Source of the DNA: Mobula hypostoma
Taxonomy: Eukaryota
Assembly (NCBI RefSeq): GCF_963921235.1
Contig: NC_086108.1
Location: 75,518,001-75,582,000 of the forward strand
Direction: 5' to 3'
DNA length: 64,000 nucleotides
Part shown: one piece after another, positions 25,951 to 37,036 of the stretch
Layout: each line of letters begins with the position of its first letter
How positions within the stretch are numbered: position 1 is the first letter of the stretch
Made by a program: the position numbers and the translations under genes
Notes under the pieces: model-generated
What the model saw: the letters and a program-made list of their open reading frames with translations, nothing else
Told to the model about the DNA's origin: nothing
The model's database searches: none

Positions 25951-28865
25951 CTTTGTTTACAATCAACAGCGGAAACCTGATTGGTTGGGGAAATTGGAAA
26001 AGTCTTCAGAAATGCACCAGCATCACAAACCAAAATTATTCTTCTTTATAAATCTCCACACAATGAGTTTCAAATTCCAGTTATAATATAGGCAAACTGA
26101 TGTTGTTAAGAAGTAATAAATGAAATTAAGCAATGCGTATACTTCCCAAAGATTGCAAATGGAAAATAAGGCCACAAAAGTCATAGCTATATGAAATAAG
26201 CACACTTTAAGGAGATAAAAGAATGTACAATTCTATTCACAAATTATCTTTTCCAGTAAGTTTCTAATTTTTCCTCTAATTGTTAAATACTCTTGTAACA
26301 AACTTAAGTTAAAGAAAAATCAGTATTACTAATTGCAAATTGCACTCTGCACTCTTTTGTTTAATTAGCGTGAGTATCCTGATGCTCGTGGTATTGACCT
26401 TTTCAATGACCCTCATTTATTTGAACTGAATTGCCCCTGTGGACTCACTGAACCCTTATTTTTAAAACCATGTTAAGCCAGGCGTTCAATAAACACTGCA
26501 TGAAGCTGTCCGATTTGAGCAGCGAAAATGTAAGTCATAACAAAAAAAATTCCCTTTATGAAAGAATAGCCATGCCCATTATTATTGGAGTCTGTTGGTA
26601 ATTTGGGATTGCAGGAAGTGAAGTGGAGATAATGATGCAGAAACTGACATCTTAATTCTCAGATCAAGCTCTATGTTGTTCAAACAAAACTTCCTCAGTG
26701 CTTGCTTCAGTAGGGAACTGCAATATGTTCTATTCTATCACTTTCTTATTTCCCATACTATTCATTCTGTGTCTTCCCTAACTGAGATTGACAAGTAGGT
26801 TCAGACCAGATACAGTTTGTGCCATTTGTAGATAATTACCAAAGAATCATGGAAAGACAGAACAATACAAGACTGAATAGAATAAACGCAGTATACATTA
26901 ATCACTTCAACCCCCAGCCCCACTCCGACCCCACCTTTACCTACAGGCATTTTCCCAAGGTCTTTTTTCCCTTCAAGTATTTAGCTTGGTCTGCCGTATG
27001 AACAGCACCCTGTGAAGACAAGAACTTATTTAGTATCTTAGTTTACCCTCTCCTCTCCCCCCACCCAACTTCCTTTGGCAGTCATTATTATTATTTATGT
27101 TTCTAAAAGATTTTTTTCTCTTCTCTGTTACTTACTACTCATTACACTTACAGGCACCTTAGGCAGTGACAAACTGAAAGACATGGATTTCTTCAATAAT
27201 TATATTTTAATTTCCATCATTACTATTTCAAAAGTACTTCCTTCAGTGAAGTGTTGGGACTTTGCTGTTCAGGTATTCATGATGTTATCTGCCAAACGAA
27301 GTGGTAGAATTCTTTATGCACTCAGGACACAGTGGGACTGACTGAATCTCGAGTTCTGCAGCTATTTGAGAAATCACAACGGAATAGTTATTTTAAGTAG
27401 GCCAATTCCAATCTCCACATTGTACAAAGAAGATGTATTAATGAATTAATATGTTCATTATATTAACTCCAATTTAATTTTCCAAAGGATACTGCAAACA
27501 TGGTATCAATTTGCTACTGAGGCCATTTCATCGTGATTGATTTTGGGATTTTTTTTTTGCAATTCCATTTCAAACGTGAAGGCAATCATTGAGCAATTAC
27601 ATCAAGGTGGTAAGCTAGCTCCACATTGGCTTCACACCATCTGCACAAAACCTGCAGTTAATTCAAGTTATTGGCTCTGTTTTATTTCTATCCTTTGTAT
27701 TGCTCACAGAGTCAACTCTTTCATCTACTCCTGATTCCTTTCAAGGTTTCACCTGCATTTAAATTTAGTTGGTGGCCAAAGAATGAGCTAGTAGTAGAAC
27801 TTAAGTCTGTAAGTTACTCAATTCAAAGTAGGTCTCAGCATCCAACAGGTACTTGTAGTATAATGGCACCCTGGAGAACAGCTTCCTTCTTATTCCCAAA
27901 TGAATGTTTGGTTTAGATTGCATCTTTTTGGTTTCTCAGGGAGTTTACACAATTAATTATTTTGCTGACAGGTTTGTTCATTACTACCCTGTGGGTGAGA
28001 TTTATTTTCTGTGCACACACTATAACAAGCAACAAAATAAATCATTAAAAGCTCAAATTTTCTTTTAAAAAGATACAAATGAACATAGACAATTGCACGC
28101 CATAAATTGTATTTCTGGCGCCACTGATGTCATCCCTCTATACACTGTCTGGAGACTGTCTGTCATCACTTTCAGACATGATTTGCAGCACCTGACATTG
28201 CTTGCCAAAAATTCCCAATCACCATATTCTATATATAGGAAGTCATAATGTGATAGCATGCATCATAATACAGAGAAGAAAGGGCAGAGGCTTGCTGAGG
28301 TATCAAAGGAGATAAATTTTACCTGACAAATGAGGGACAAGTTTAATCACCCATCATTTTTGAAGATGATTTTGAAGGGAATCAGCAGATGTAACTTTAT
28401 TCCAAAATGCTGTTTCCATTTGTTTGTTAGCTGTGCAGAGCCATTTACCCTATCAAATAGGTCATTCCTGGCTGCATTGTAATGTAGCAGAATAAATAGT
28501 TAGCGTACTTTAAGCATTTTTCCAGTTATTGGTTAAGAGGAAACAATGCATCACCTTGTTTGTAACCTGTTCTCTGTTGAAAGTAAATAAATTTGAAACA
28601 TGTTGAGGCAAGGTTTTGACATGGAATAGCAGAAGTCTGCACTTCATACAGTCATTTCTATTGAAATCACCCATGAAGCTGAGGAAAACATTCAATTTAC
28701 TCCATGGAAGTGCAACTCAACAAACACAAGACAAAATGTTGGACAACTTTTGTTGGATCACTTCTTATACATTGGTTGAAGGTGAACTTCATGATCTGTC
28801 TCAGTTTCCTGCAAATTCCAATGGGCCAATTTAAATTAAACTTAGTAGGAACATTCCTAATTTTC

Positions 28866-28910
28866 CACTGTTGCTCTGGATTTCCAGCATCTGCAGGATC
28901 TCTTGTGTTT
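28866..28910 (+). mobile_element. Very short PLE 3' tail fragment
   Basis: TGTTGCTCTGGATTTCCAGCATCTGCAGGATCTCTTGTGTTT matches PLE termini elsewhere in the window. Confidence 0.65.
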
Positions 28911-30604
28911 GTGGTGTTTGTCATGCCAGGTATCAGGTACATTTACTTTAGCTGCTTCATAGATACTTATTTGACATTTATTTCCATTTGATACATTTAC
29001 TGTTAAAGAAAAGTTGACAGACAGACCATTCAAAGTGATTTTTGCTCCTGTTGTACAGTGTTACCAGTTTATATGTTCCACATGTTTTGATGATGTTCTT
29101 TCTAATTTTTCCCATTTTCGTTGTGTATCTAACCTGCTGTCAAAAATGGTAGATGAAATAGGAAATGCAAAAGTCTGAAACTCATGTTTAGCCCTAATGT
29201 AACTGAAGCTGGACAAAATTAAAATATAACATGGCTGTTCAGTTACCAAAATAAAACATCAGACATGATGTACAACAAAGGCATCTATTGTTGTGAGAGC
29301 CAGTACCAAATATGTGTAACCATGTCACCAGAACTTCCTATATCATGAAATAGACAGCTTTACTCAGGTGGAAACTAATCTCTGAATTCATGTTAGTTTT
29401 TAAATGTGTTTTTTTTTAATATTTAACCATCAGATGTTAAATGTCTGATCATATTTGTTATTGAATTTACAATGATTGGCTTTAAGAAAGAAAAAAATCT
29501 ATTAAAATAAACTGGGTTTACTTGTCATCTACATATAAAGTAGTGTTCATAATTTTGTGAATAGTTTTATTTTTGCTGATTTGTAACTGCTGTTCACTGT
29601 TGGCACTATCTCTTTTCAACTATAATTGTAGGCATTGTCTATTAGGAATTGAAGAATTAAATCCAGGACAGTCATAATACTCACAGCTGGTTATGGTTAA
29701 TACTGCATGTGACTACTGATGGACAAACTTACATAATTTTTAAAGCTCCTGACCCCAGCTTGCTAAACTGTGTGCCTTGGAGTTAAATAAAGTGTAATAC
29801 ATAATGGATCAATTGGTAAAGTAAATTTAAAAAAGTTTATCTCAAGACAGCATGAAGGTCAACTTCATTGCAAACCCGCACTCCAAGTCCTGTTCAACAG
29901 TTATTTCCATCAACCTGCATTTCATTTCTAAAAACTAATCGTGAAGATTAAACCCACCACTTTGATCAGTAATTCCTAACCACTTAAAATACCCCAGGAG
30001 AGAAATTTGTCTTTTATTGCAACTGTGAAACTCTGCTAGTTGTACTTGCCCCAGCACCTTCAGTTCCTTGGGGGTAAGAGCTAACTCTGTGATGGTAATG
30101 ACAACCAGCGGTCAGTACACATGTTTATGTCACAATGGCGGGGGCCTTGGGAGCAAGGGTGGACCCAAATGCAAGACACATCTTGTGAGGTTACTTAAAT
30201 TTAGTTTATTGTTCGAAACCAGGAGAGCAAGGCAGGAGTAGGAATAGCGAACTAGGACTACGACTAGGATGGAACCAAGGGTCAGGGCTAGGACTCGGAA
30301 TTGGCTCCCAGAACTAGAGGAGACATGAAGAGGCTAGGGTATGGACTCCGAGCCCGAGACTGGGCCAGGACCCAGTACCTGGGACTTGCCTCGGGCTCGG
30401 ACCCCAGAACCAGGCATGGACATGACATGGGCTAGGGAGAGGAGGAACATGGGAACACAGAGCCTCGGTCTCGGGAGAGCAGGTACATGGAACCATGGAC
30501 ACATACATGAACACAGAGTCGGGACCTCTCCTTGGGTACAGGAAATAGGGCCGGGACTCGCACACAGAACAGAGAGCCGGGACCCCTCCTTGGGTACAGG
30601 ACAT

Positions 30605-30840
30605 AGGACCAGGACTCATGACCCTCCGCGGGGCAACGGCAAGACAGCCTGACTTACCTCACGGAGGTGAGGACAAGACAGGACAAGACATGACCCCCAC
30701 CCCCCCCGCGGGGCAATGGCAAGATGGCCTGAGTTATCCCACAGAGGCGAGGACAAGACAAGACATGACTCCCCGCGGAGCAACGGCAAGACGGCCTGAC
30801 TTACCCCACAGAGGTGAGGACAAGATAAGACAAGACCAAC
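30605..30840. repeat. Three ~75-bp tandem repeats inside the LTR
   Basis: Unit CATGACCC..CCGCGGGGCAACGGCAAGACGGCCTGACTTACC..ACAGAGGTGAGGACAAGACA. Confidence 0.9.
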
Positions 30841-30984
30841 ACGAATGAACACCAGACAGTTACCTATCTAGCTCCGGCGATGGAACTAGACCGAAGTGCA
30901 GGCGGGGGCTGCAGACGAGGGCTAGAGGCGAGAGGGGCAGAGAAAGGATTCAGACAAGGGGGTAGGACAGGAATCACAGACCAC

Positions 30985-31190
30985 CAGGACCAGGACTTGA
31001 CATGGTACTTGAATGCCAGCAGGGCCAGGACTTGACATGGTACTTGAACGCCGCCAGGGCCAGGACGTGGACGTGGTACTTGAACGCTGCCGGAGCCAGG
31101 ATGTGGACGTGGTACTTGAATGCCGCCAGGGCCAGGACGTGGACGTGGTGCTTGGATGCCACTGGAGCCAGGATGTGGTGCTTGGAACCT
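30985..31190. repeat. Minisatellite of ~35-36 bp, about 6 copies, inside the LTR
   Basis: Unit GGCCAGGACGTGGACGTGGTACTTGAACGCCGCCA with variants. Confidence 0.9.
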
Positions 31191-32490
31191 CCGGGTAGTG
31201 GCGAGCTCTCGACTCGGCCCGGGAACAGTAGACAGCGGCTCTTGATTCTCTCCAGCGGGTTAATTGACGGACCCACCTTGTTGAGGAAACTTTGCAGGCT
31301 CGCTTCGGCGAGGTAACTGGACAGGGTTGCTCCAGTAAGGAAAGGCGAATTACCGGCACTCACTTCAGGCGGAACAAGGCTTTCTCCGGCCAGATGTCAT
31401 TGGCACGCCGTGACTTTACAGACTTTGCAGACGCTCCCACATTGAACAGCTGAAAGCCGGAGATTATAAACTACGGTTCAGCCGAGTGTTAATTGCTTCT
31501 AATCACCAAAGTCAAGGAACATGGGAAAACAGGGAATCAATGGTCCGGATCGTAGCGTAAACAAGGTAAATTTAAAGGGACCGCAATCGGGACCATGACA
31601 GTTTAGTGTTAGTAACTAAAGACAAATTTCTCACTTTCCATCAACCTCTCCTCAAGGATGTGAGAAGTTCTATCTCTTTAATCATATATCCTTTCTTTTC
31701 TTCTTTGGACTACAACATAAAAATAAACTTACCTTCCTATCCACAACACTCACCTCCAATCATTTATCTCCCTCCCATATCATTCATCATCTCTCTCAGC
31801 CTCCTCTACTTTTCACATCCTTTTTAGCTCTCTCCTCCACTCACAACCTCTTTCTTTACAGCCTACTCTCAGTTCCACTTCCTTTATTCAGCCATTCCTA
31901 TTTGGTTCCTTTCCATCTCCACCACCTCTATGTGCTCTCCCCTCAGGGGAAGGAGCAGGAGCAGGAATGGGAGGCAGTAGCTATGGTTATAGGTTGGACA
32001 GCTAGCTGAGGTAGGGTGAAGAAGAGAGAGGTAAGAAGGAGTGAAAAGGCAGTGTTTCAGCAGTGTATTTTATGTAAAGGGCGACGTACTTGGGAAGGGA
32101 GAGGAGAGAGCTGAGTGAAGGAGAAAATGAATGAAGTGAGAGATGCCGAGAAGGAGAATAAGTGAAGGAAGGGAGGAGAATGAAGCAGATACTGAGTGGG
32201 AGGTCATGGGAAGGAAGCGGGAGCTGAATAAAGGGGGAGCAGAGGGGATTCAGAGAAAGTGAGACTCGGGATGCATAGTGACTAAGGAAGATAGTTAAGG
32301 GATCTGAATGAAGGATGTGCAAGGGAGGGTAGCTAAGGAAGAAGATTTGTGCATTTATAACCATGTATATTCATATTTGCCTATGAACATGAACATGTGA
32401 ATGTGCTTGCGCATGTGTCCCTGCATGCATATCTACCCCCATATCTGTCTGCCCCCATATGTGTGTGTAGATGTTTGTACACATATTCCA

Positions 32491-34202
32491 ACTGCACTGT
32501 CATGATGCAAAAGCTGACTGTACTCTTCCAGTCCATGTGGAAAAAGGGACTGGTCCCGCAACAGCTGAAAGATGCCAGCATAGTCCACATCTACAAGAGG
32601 AAAGGCAACCGCCAGTCTTGTGACAACCACCGAGGCATCTCCCTCTTGCCCATTGCGGGGAAGATTCTGGCCCGTGTCCTGCTCAACCGCCTTCTCCAAC
32701 ATCTTGAGCAAGGTCTGCTCCCAGAAAGTCAGTGCGGCTTCCGTGCTGAATTTGGGACCGCGGACATGATTTTTGCTGCGCGCCAACTCCAGGAAAAATG
32801 CCAGGAGCAACACAGCGACCTCTTCGTGACCTTTGTCGATCTAACCAAGGCTTTCGATACGGTCAGCAGAGAAGGCTTGTGGAAGATCATGGAGAAGTTT
32901 GGCTGCCCCAGCAAGTTCATCACAATCATCCAGCAGTTCCATGACGGTATGATGGTGAAAGTTCTGGATGACGGCGACGAGTCGGAGGCCTTCCCAGTGA
33001 CAAATGGCGTCAAACAAGGCTGCGTTCTTGCCCCGACTCTGTTCAGTATGGTATTCTCTGCCATGCTGACAGATGCCTTCCGTAACTACGAAGAAGGAAT
33101 CCACGTCAGGTACAGGACTGACGGCAGGTTGTTCAACCTTAGGCGCCTGCAGGCAGTTACAAAGGTGCGAGAAACTGTCATCAGAGACTTCTTGTTTGCT
33201 GATGACTGCGCACTCAACGCCAGCACAGAGCAGGAGATGCAGCGTGAAATGGACTGCTTCTCACAACCCTGCGACAACTTCGGTCTCACTATCAGCACCA
33301 AAAAGACCGAAGTTATGTACCAGCCTGCCCCAGGAAAGCCATACCAGGAGTCGCACATCACGGTGAAGGGCCAGAACCTCCAGGCAGCCGACAACTTCAC
33401 CTACCTGGGCAGCATACTCTCTCGCGCAGTGAACATAGACACTGAGGTCAACAACAGGATTGCCAAAGCCAGCGCCGCCTTTGGGAGAATCCATGAGAAC
33501 GTCTGGGAGCGGAGAGGACTCAGCCTTACCACCAAGCTGAAGGTCTACTGTGCAGTGGTCCTTACCACCCTCCTTTACGCCAGCGAGACCTGGACTGTCT
33601 ACAGCAGACACGCCAAACAGCTCAACCATTTTCACCCGAGCTGTCTCCGCAGACTCCTCCACATCAGGTGGCAGGACAAGGTCCCCAACACGGAAATCCT
33701 GGAACGAGCTGGGCTCTGCAGCGTCTACACCCTCCTGCTGAAAGCCCAAGCCAGGTGGGCTGGACATGTGGTCAGAATGCCAGACAGCCGATTGCCTAAG
33801 CAGCTGCTGTACGGAGAACTGTGTCAGGGCAAGCGCTCAGTCAGGGGGCAGAAGAAACGTTACAAAGACTGCCTCAAAGCGTCCCTCAAAGGCCTGAGTG
33901 TTGACATCAACACGTGGGAGACGCTTGCCCTCGATCGTCCAGCTTGGCGCAGCAAGATCACCACAGGAGCTCGTGCAGCTGAAGTCAGGCGCATCACTGA
34001 GGCGCAACGAAAGCGTGCTGTGCGCAAGGCCCGAGCAGCATCCACTGCCACGACAGCACCCACCCACTTGTGTCCCACATGTGGGCGAGCCTTCAGGGCC
34101 CGGATTGGCCTCATCAGTCAGCTCCGGACCCACAGCCACCAATCTCCCATTTGACTTTGAAGCCATGGTCATCTTCGATTGTGAAAGACGAATAACAACA
34201 AC
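32491..34202 (+). mobile_element. 5'-truncated RTE-clade LINE
   Basis: Uninterrupted RT ORF, short 3' UTR, (ACA)n tail; candidate TSD ACACATATTCCA (32479-32490) / ACACATAGTCCA (34203-34214). Confidence 0.9.
32503..34154 (+). CDS. RTE LINE reverse transcriptase with C-terminal C2H2-like finger (5'-truncated, no endonuclease)
   Basis: NHRGISLL, QCGFR, FVDLTKAFD, GVKQGC, LFADD, YLGS, LLYASETW, CPTCGRAF..RIGLISQLRTH; the N-terminal 35 aa in the ORF track come from flanking DNA. Confidence 0.9.
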
Positions 34203-35501
34203 ACACATAGTCCACTACATACATATTTGCAGGTCCTCACATTTATACACGTACACTCCAGCTGTCTTGGACCTCCTTGTCATTGGACCAAGATCGTGCT
34301 CTGTTCAGTCCATGATGTAACTGCTGTACAACAAAGAATTCATCCACAGGCAACTTCATCTTCTTATAGCTGGAGTGGGAGCAATTCATCATCAATCCTG
34401 AAGGACTATCAAATGAACGAAAATTAAAACATCTATTAGAAACCTAGTTCACCTCTCGCCTTATTTTATTTGCAATTTTAGACCCTAGTCCTAAGAATAC
34501 ACTCACTTATTGACAGATCTAGGAGGCCTTTCCTTACCATTGAAAATGCCATGCAAGAATCTCCTTCTGACTTTTCCTCCTGTTAAATATGAGGTGAAGA
34601 AGTGGTTCCTCCAAATCTGGTCAAAAGCAGAATTATGCCTTGAGGTACAGAATAGATGCTGTATATTTGGCAATAATGGAAACAGTCACGTTAAAGTGCT
34701 TAAAACAGGAAGATTACAAGAAGAAAACATGTTGTGTTTTATATCAAACTGAATTTCAATGTTTTTTCAGTATAGAGTTAAGATTAAAATAATAAGGCTA
34801 CTTTTGACATTCGAGGTGCTTTATTACAAGAATTTTAGAGCTGGTTTCAGATTTACAGTGGGAAAAACATGAAAGAAGGTCTGCCCTGGGAGGCAGGATG
34901 TTCCTGAAACTGCCAATAATTTAAAGGTTCAAGGAGAGTGCAAGTCAACTCAGGTTGCTTTCCCAAACATTTAGTCAGGAGATGTCAAGTAACAAGGAAG
35001 GAGCTGTAAGTTGCAAAAACAGACTGAAAATACAAATTTTTAAAATTAGATCGTAGGAGGAAGTTCCATTTGCAATCCAGTTTTGAAATTTGAGGGATAT
35101 TTCTAAACCAGCCGCAAACTGATTTTGAACTGATTTAGCTCTTTGAAACATAAGTTTCTAACTCTCACATATTTAGCCTTTCTGTTCTTTAGCATATCTG
35201 GCAAAGCCCAGAAATCAACCCAACTACAATATTACAGTAAGTTTATGGATGCCACAAAAGTTGGTGGTGTTATGGACAGCAATGGAGGTTGCCCAAAACT
35301 ACTGCAGGAGATAGACCAGCTGGAGAGTTGGACAGATTACTGTCAGATTAAATTTAATCTCAAAAGTAAAAGGGAGTGCATTTTTGAAAGTCAAATAGTG
35401 ACAGACACAAATTGCAAATAGTACGGCATTAGGGATTTTGGTAAAGACTTTGGTAAACCTGTGCCCCTCAGCTATGTGGAGTACTTTGCCACGTATTCAA
35501 C

Positions 35502-36779
35502 ATGAGCCTGAGGCTCCGGAGGGTTCCTGTACTGTGGAAGACGTCCTGCCTCGTCCCTGTGCCGAAGACGCCGCGCCCCAGCGGCCTCAATGTCTACAGA
35601 CCGGTGGCATTGACTTCCCACATCGTGAAGACCCTGGAGAGACTTGTTCTGGAGCTGCTCCGGCCTATGGTCAGGCCACACAGAGATCCCCTCCAGTTTG
35701 CCTACCAGCGCCGACTAGGAGTTGAGGATGCCATCATCTACCTGCTGAACCGTGTCTACGCCCACCTGGACAAGCCAGCAAGCACTGTGCGGGTCATGTT
35801 TTTTGAATTCTCCAGTGCGTTCAACACCATCTGCCCTGCTCTGCTGGGGGAGAAGCTGACAGCGATGCAGGTGGATGCTTCCCTAGTATCATGGATTCTT
35901 AATTACCTGACCGGCAGACCACAGTACGTGTGCTTGCAACACTGTGTGTCCGACAGAGTGATCAGCAGCACTGGGGCTCCACAGGGGACTGTCTTGTCTC
36001 CCTTTCTCTTCACCATTTACACCTCGGACTTCAACTACCGCACAGAGTCTTGTCATCTTCAGAAGTTTTCGGATGACTCTGCCATAGTTGGATGCATCAG
36101 TAAGGGAGATGAGGTTGAGTACAGGGCTACGGAAGGAAACTTTGTCACATGGTGTGAGCAGAATTATCTGCAGCTTAATGTGAAAAAGACTAAGCAGCTG
36201 GTGGTAGACCTGAGGAGAGCTAAGGTACTGGTGACCCCTGTTTCCATCCAGGGGGTCAGTGTGGACATGGTGGAGGATTACAAATACCTGGGGATACGAA
36301 TTGACAATAAACTGGACTGGTCAAAGAACACCGAGGCTGTCTACAAGAAGGGTCAGAGCCATCTCTATTTCTTGAGGAGATTGAGGTCACTTAACATCTG
36401 CCGAACGATGCTGAGGATGTTCTACGAGTCTGTGGTGGCCAGTGCTATCATGTTTGCTGTTGTGTGCTGGGGCAGCAGGCTGACGGTAGCAGACCCCAAC
36501 AGAATCAACAAACTCATTCGTAAGGCCAGTGATGTTGTGGGGATGGAACTGGACTCTCTCACGGTGGTGTCTGAAAAGAGGATGCTGTCCAAGTTGCATG
36601 CCATCTTGGTCAATGTCTCCCATCCACTACATAATGTACTGGTTGGGCACAGGAGTACATTCAGCCAGAGACTCATCCCACCAAGATGCAGCACAGAGCG
36701 TCATAGGAAGTCATTCCTGCCTGTGGCCATCAAACTTTACAACTCCTCCCTTGGAGGGTCAGACACCCTGAGCCAATAG
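35502..36779 (+). CDS. Rex1/Babar reverse transcriptase (5'-truncated)
   Basis: WKTSCLVPVPK, YRPVALTS, DPLQFAY, FSSAFNTI, GAPQGTVLSP, KFSDDS, YKYLG, LYFLRRLRS. Confidence 0.9.
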   Translation: MSLRLRRVPVLWKTSCLVPVPKTPRPSGLNVYRPVALTSHIVKTLERLVLELLRPMVRPHRDPLQFAYQRRLGVEDAIIYLLNRVYAHLDKPASTVRVMFFEFSSAFNTICPALLGEKLTAMQVDASLVSWILNYLTGRPQYVCLQHCVSDRVISSTGAPQGTVLSPFLFTIYTSDFNYRTESCHLQKFSDDSAIVGCISKGDEVEYRATEGNFVTWCEQNYLQLNVKKTKQLVVDLRRAKVLVTPVSIQGVSVDMVEDYKYLGIRIDNKLDWSKNTEAVYKKGQSHLYFLRRLRSLNICRTMLRMFYESVVASAIMFAVVCWGSRLTVADPNRINKLIRKASDVVGMELDSLTVVSEKRMLSKLHAILVNVSHPLHNVLVGHRSTFSQRLIPPRCSTERHRKSFLPVAIKLYNSSLGGSDTLSQ

Positions 36780-36821
36780 GCTGGTCCTGGACTTATTTCA
36801 TAATTTACTGGCATAATTTAC

Positions 36822-36955
36822 ATATTACTATTTAACTATTTATTACTATTTTTCTATTACTATTCTATTACTAGTTATTATTTCTATGACTATTATTATT
36901 TACTATTTACTAATAGTAATATTACTATTACTATTTCTATTACTATTTATTACTT
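36822..36955. repeat. Degenerate (TAT/TAC)n AT-rich microsatellite in the Rex1 3' UTR
   Basis: TATTACTATTTAACTATT... low-complexity run. Confidence 0.85.
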
Positions 36956-37001
36956 ATGGTGCAACTGTAATGAAAAGCAATCTCCCCCGGGATCAATAAA
37001 G

Positions 37002-37036
37002 TATGACTATGACTATGACTATGACTATGACTATGA
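37002..37036 (+). repeat. (GACTAT)n LINE tail
   Basis: About 5-6 tandem hexamers directly after AATAAA. Confidence 0.9.

Larger units (their letters stand above)
30128..31600 (-). mobile_element. Solo LTR (probably Gypsy-type), 1473 bp
   Basis: Termini TGTCA...TGACA; 5-bp TSD GTTTA at 30123-30127 and 31601-31605; GC-rich against the flanks; minus-strand TATA-like motif near 31465 and AATAAA near 30205 set the orientation; no gag or pol. Confidence 0.85.
35458..37036 (+). mobile_element. Young 5'-truncated Rex1/Babar LINE
   Basis: Open RT frame; AATAAA followed by (GACTAT)n tail. Confidence 0.9.

Noticed and set aside
30974..31363. Repetitive ORFs (AAFKYHVHVLAL..., TWTWYLNAARAR...) and a CRISPR-like appearance
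   Set aside because: They arise from a tandem minisatellite within an LTR; there are no unique spacers, no cas genes, and the context is eukaryotic
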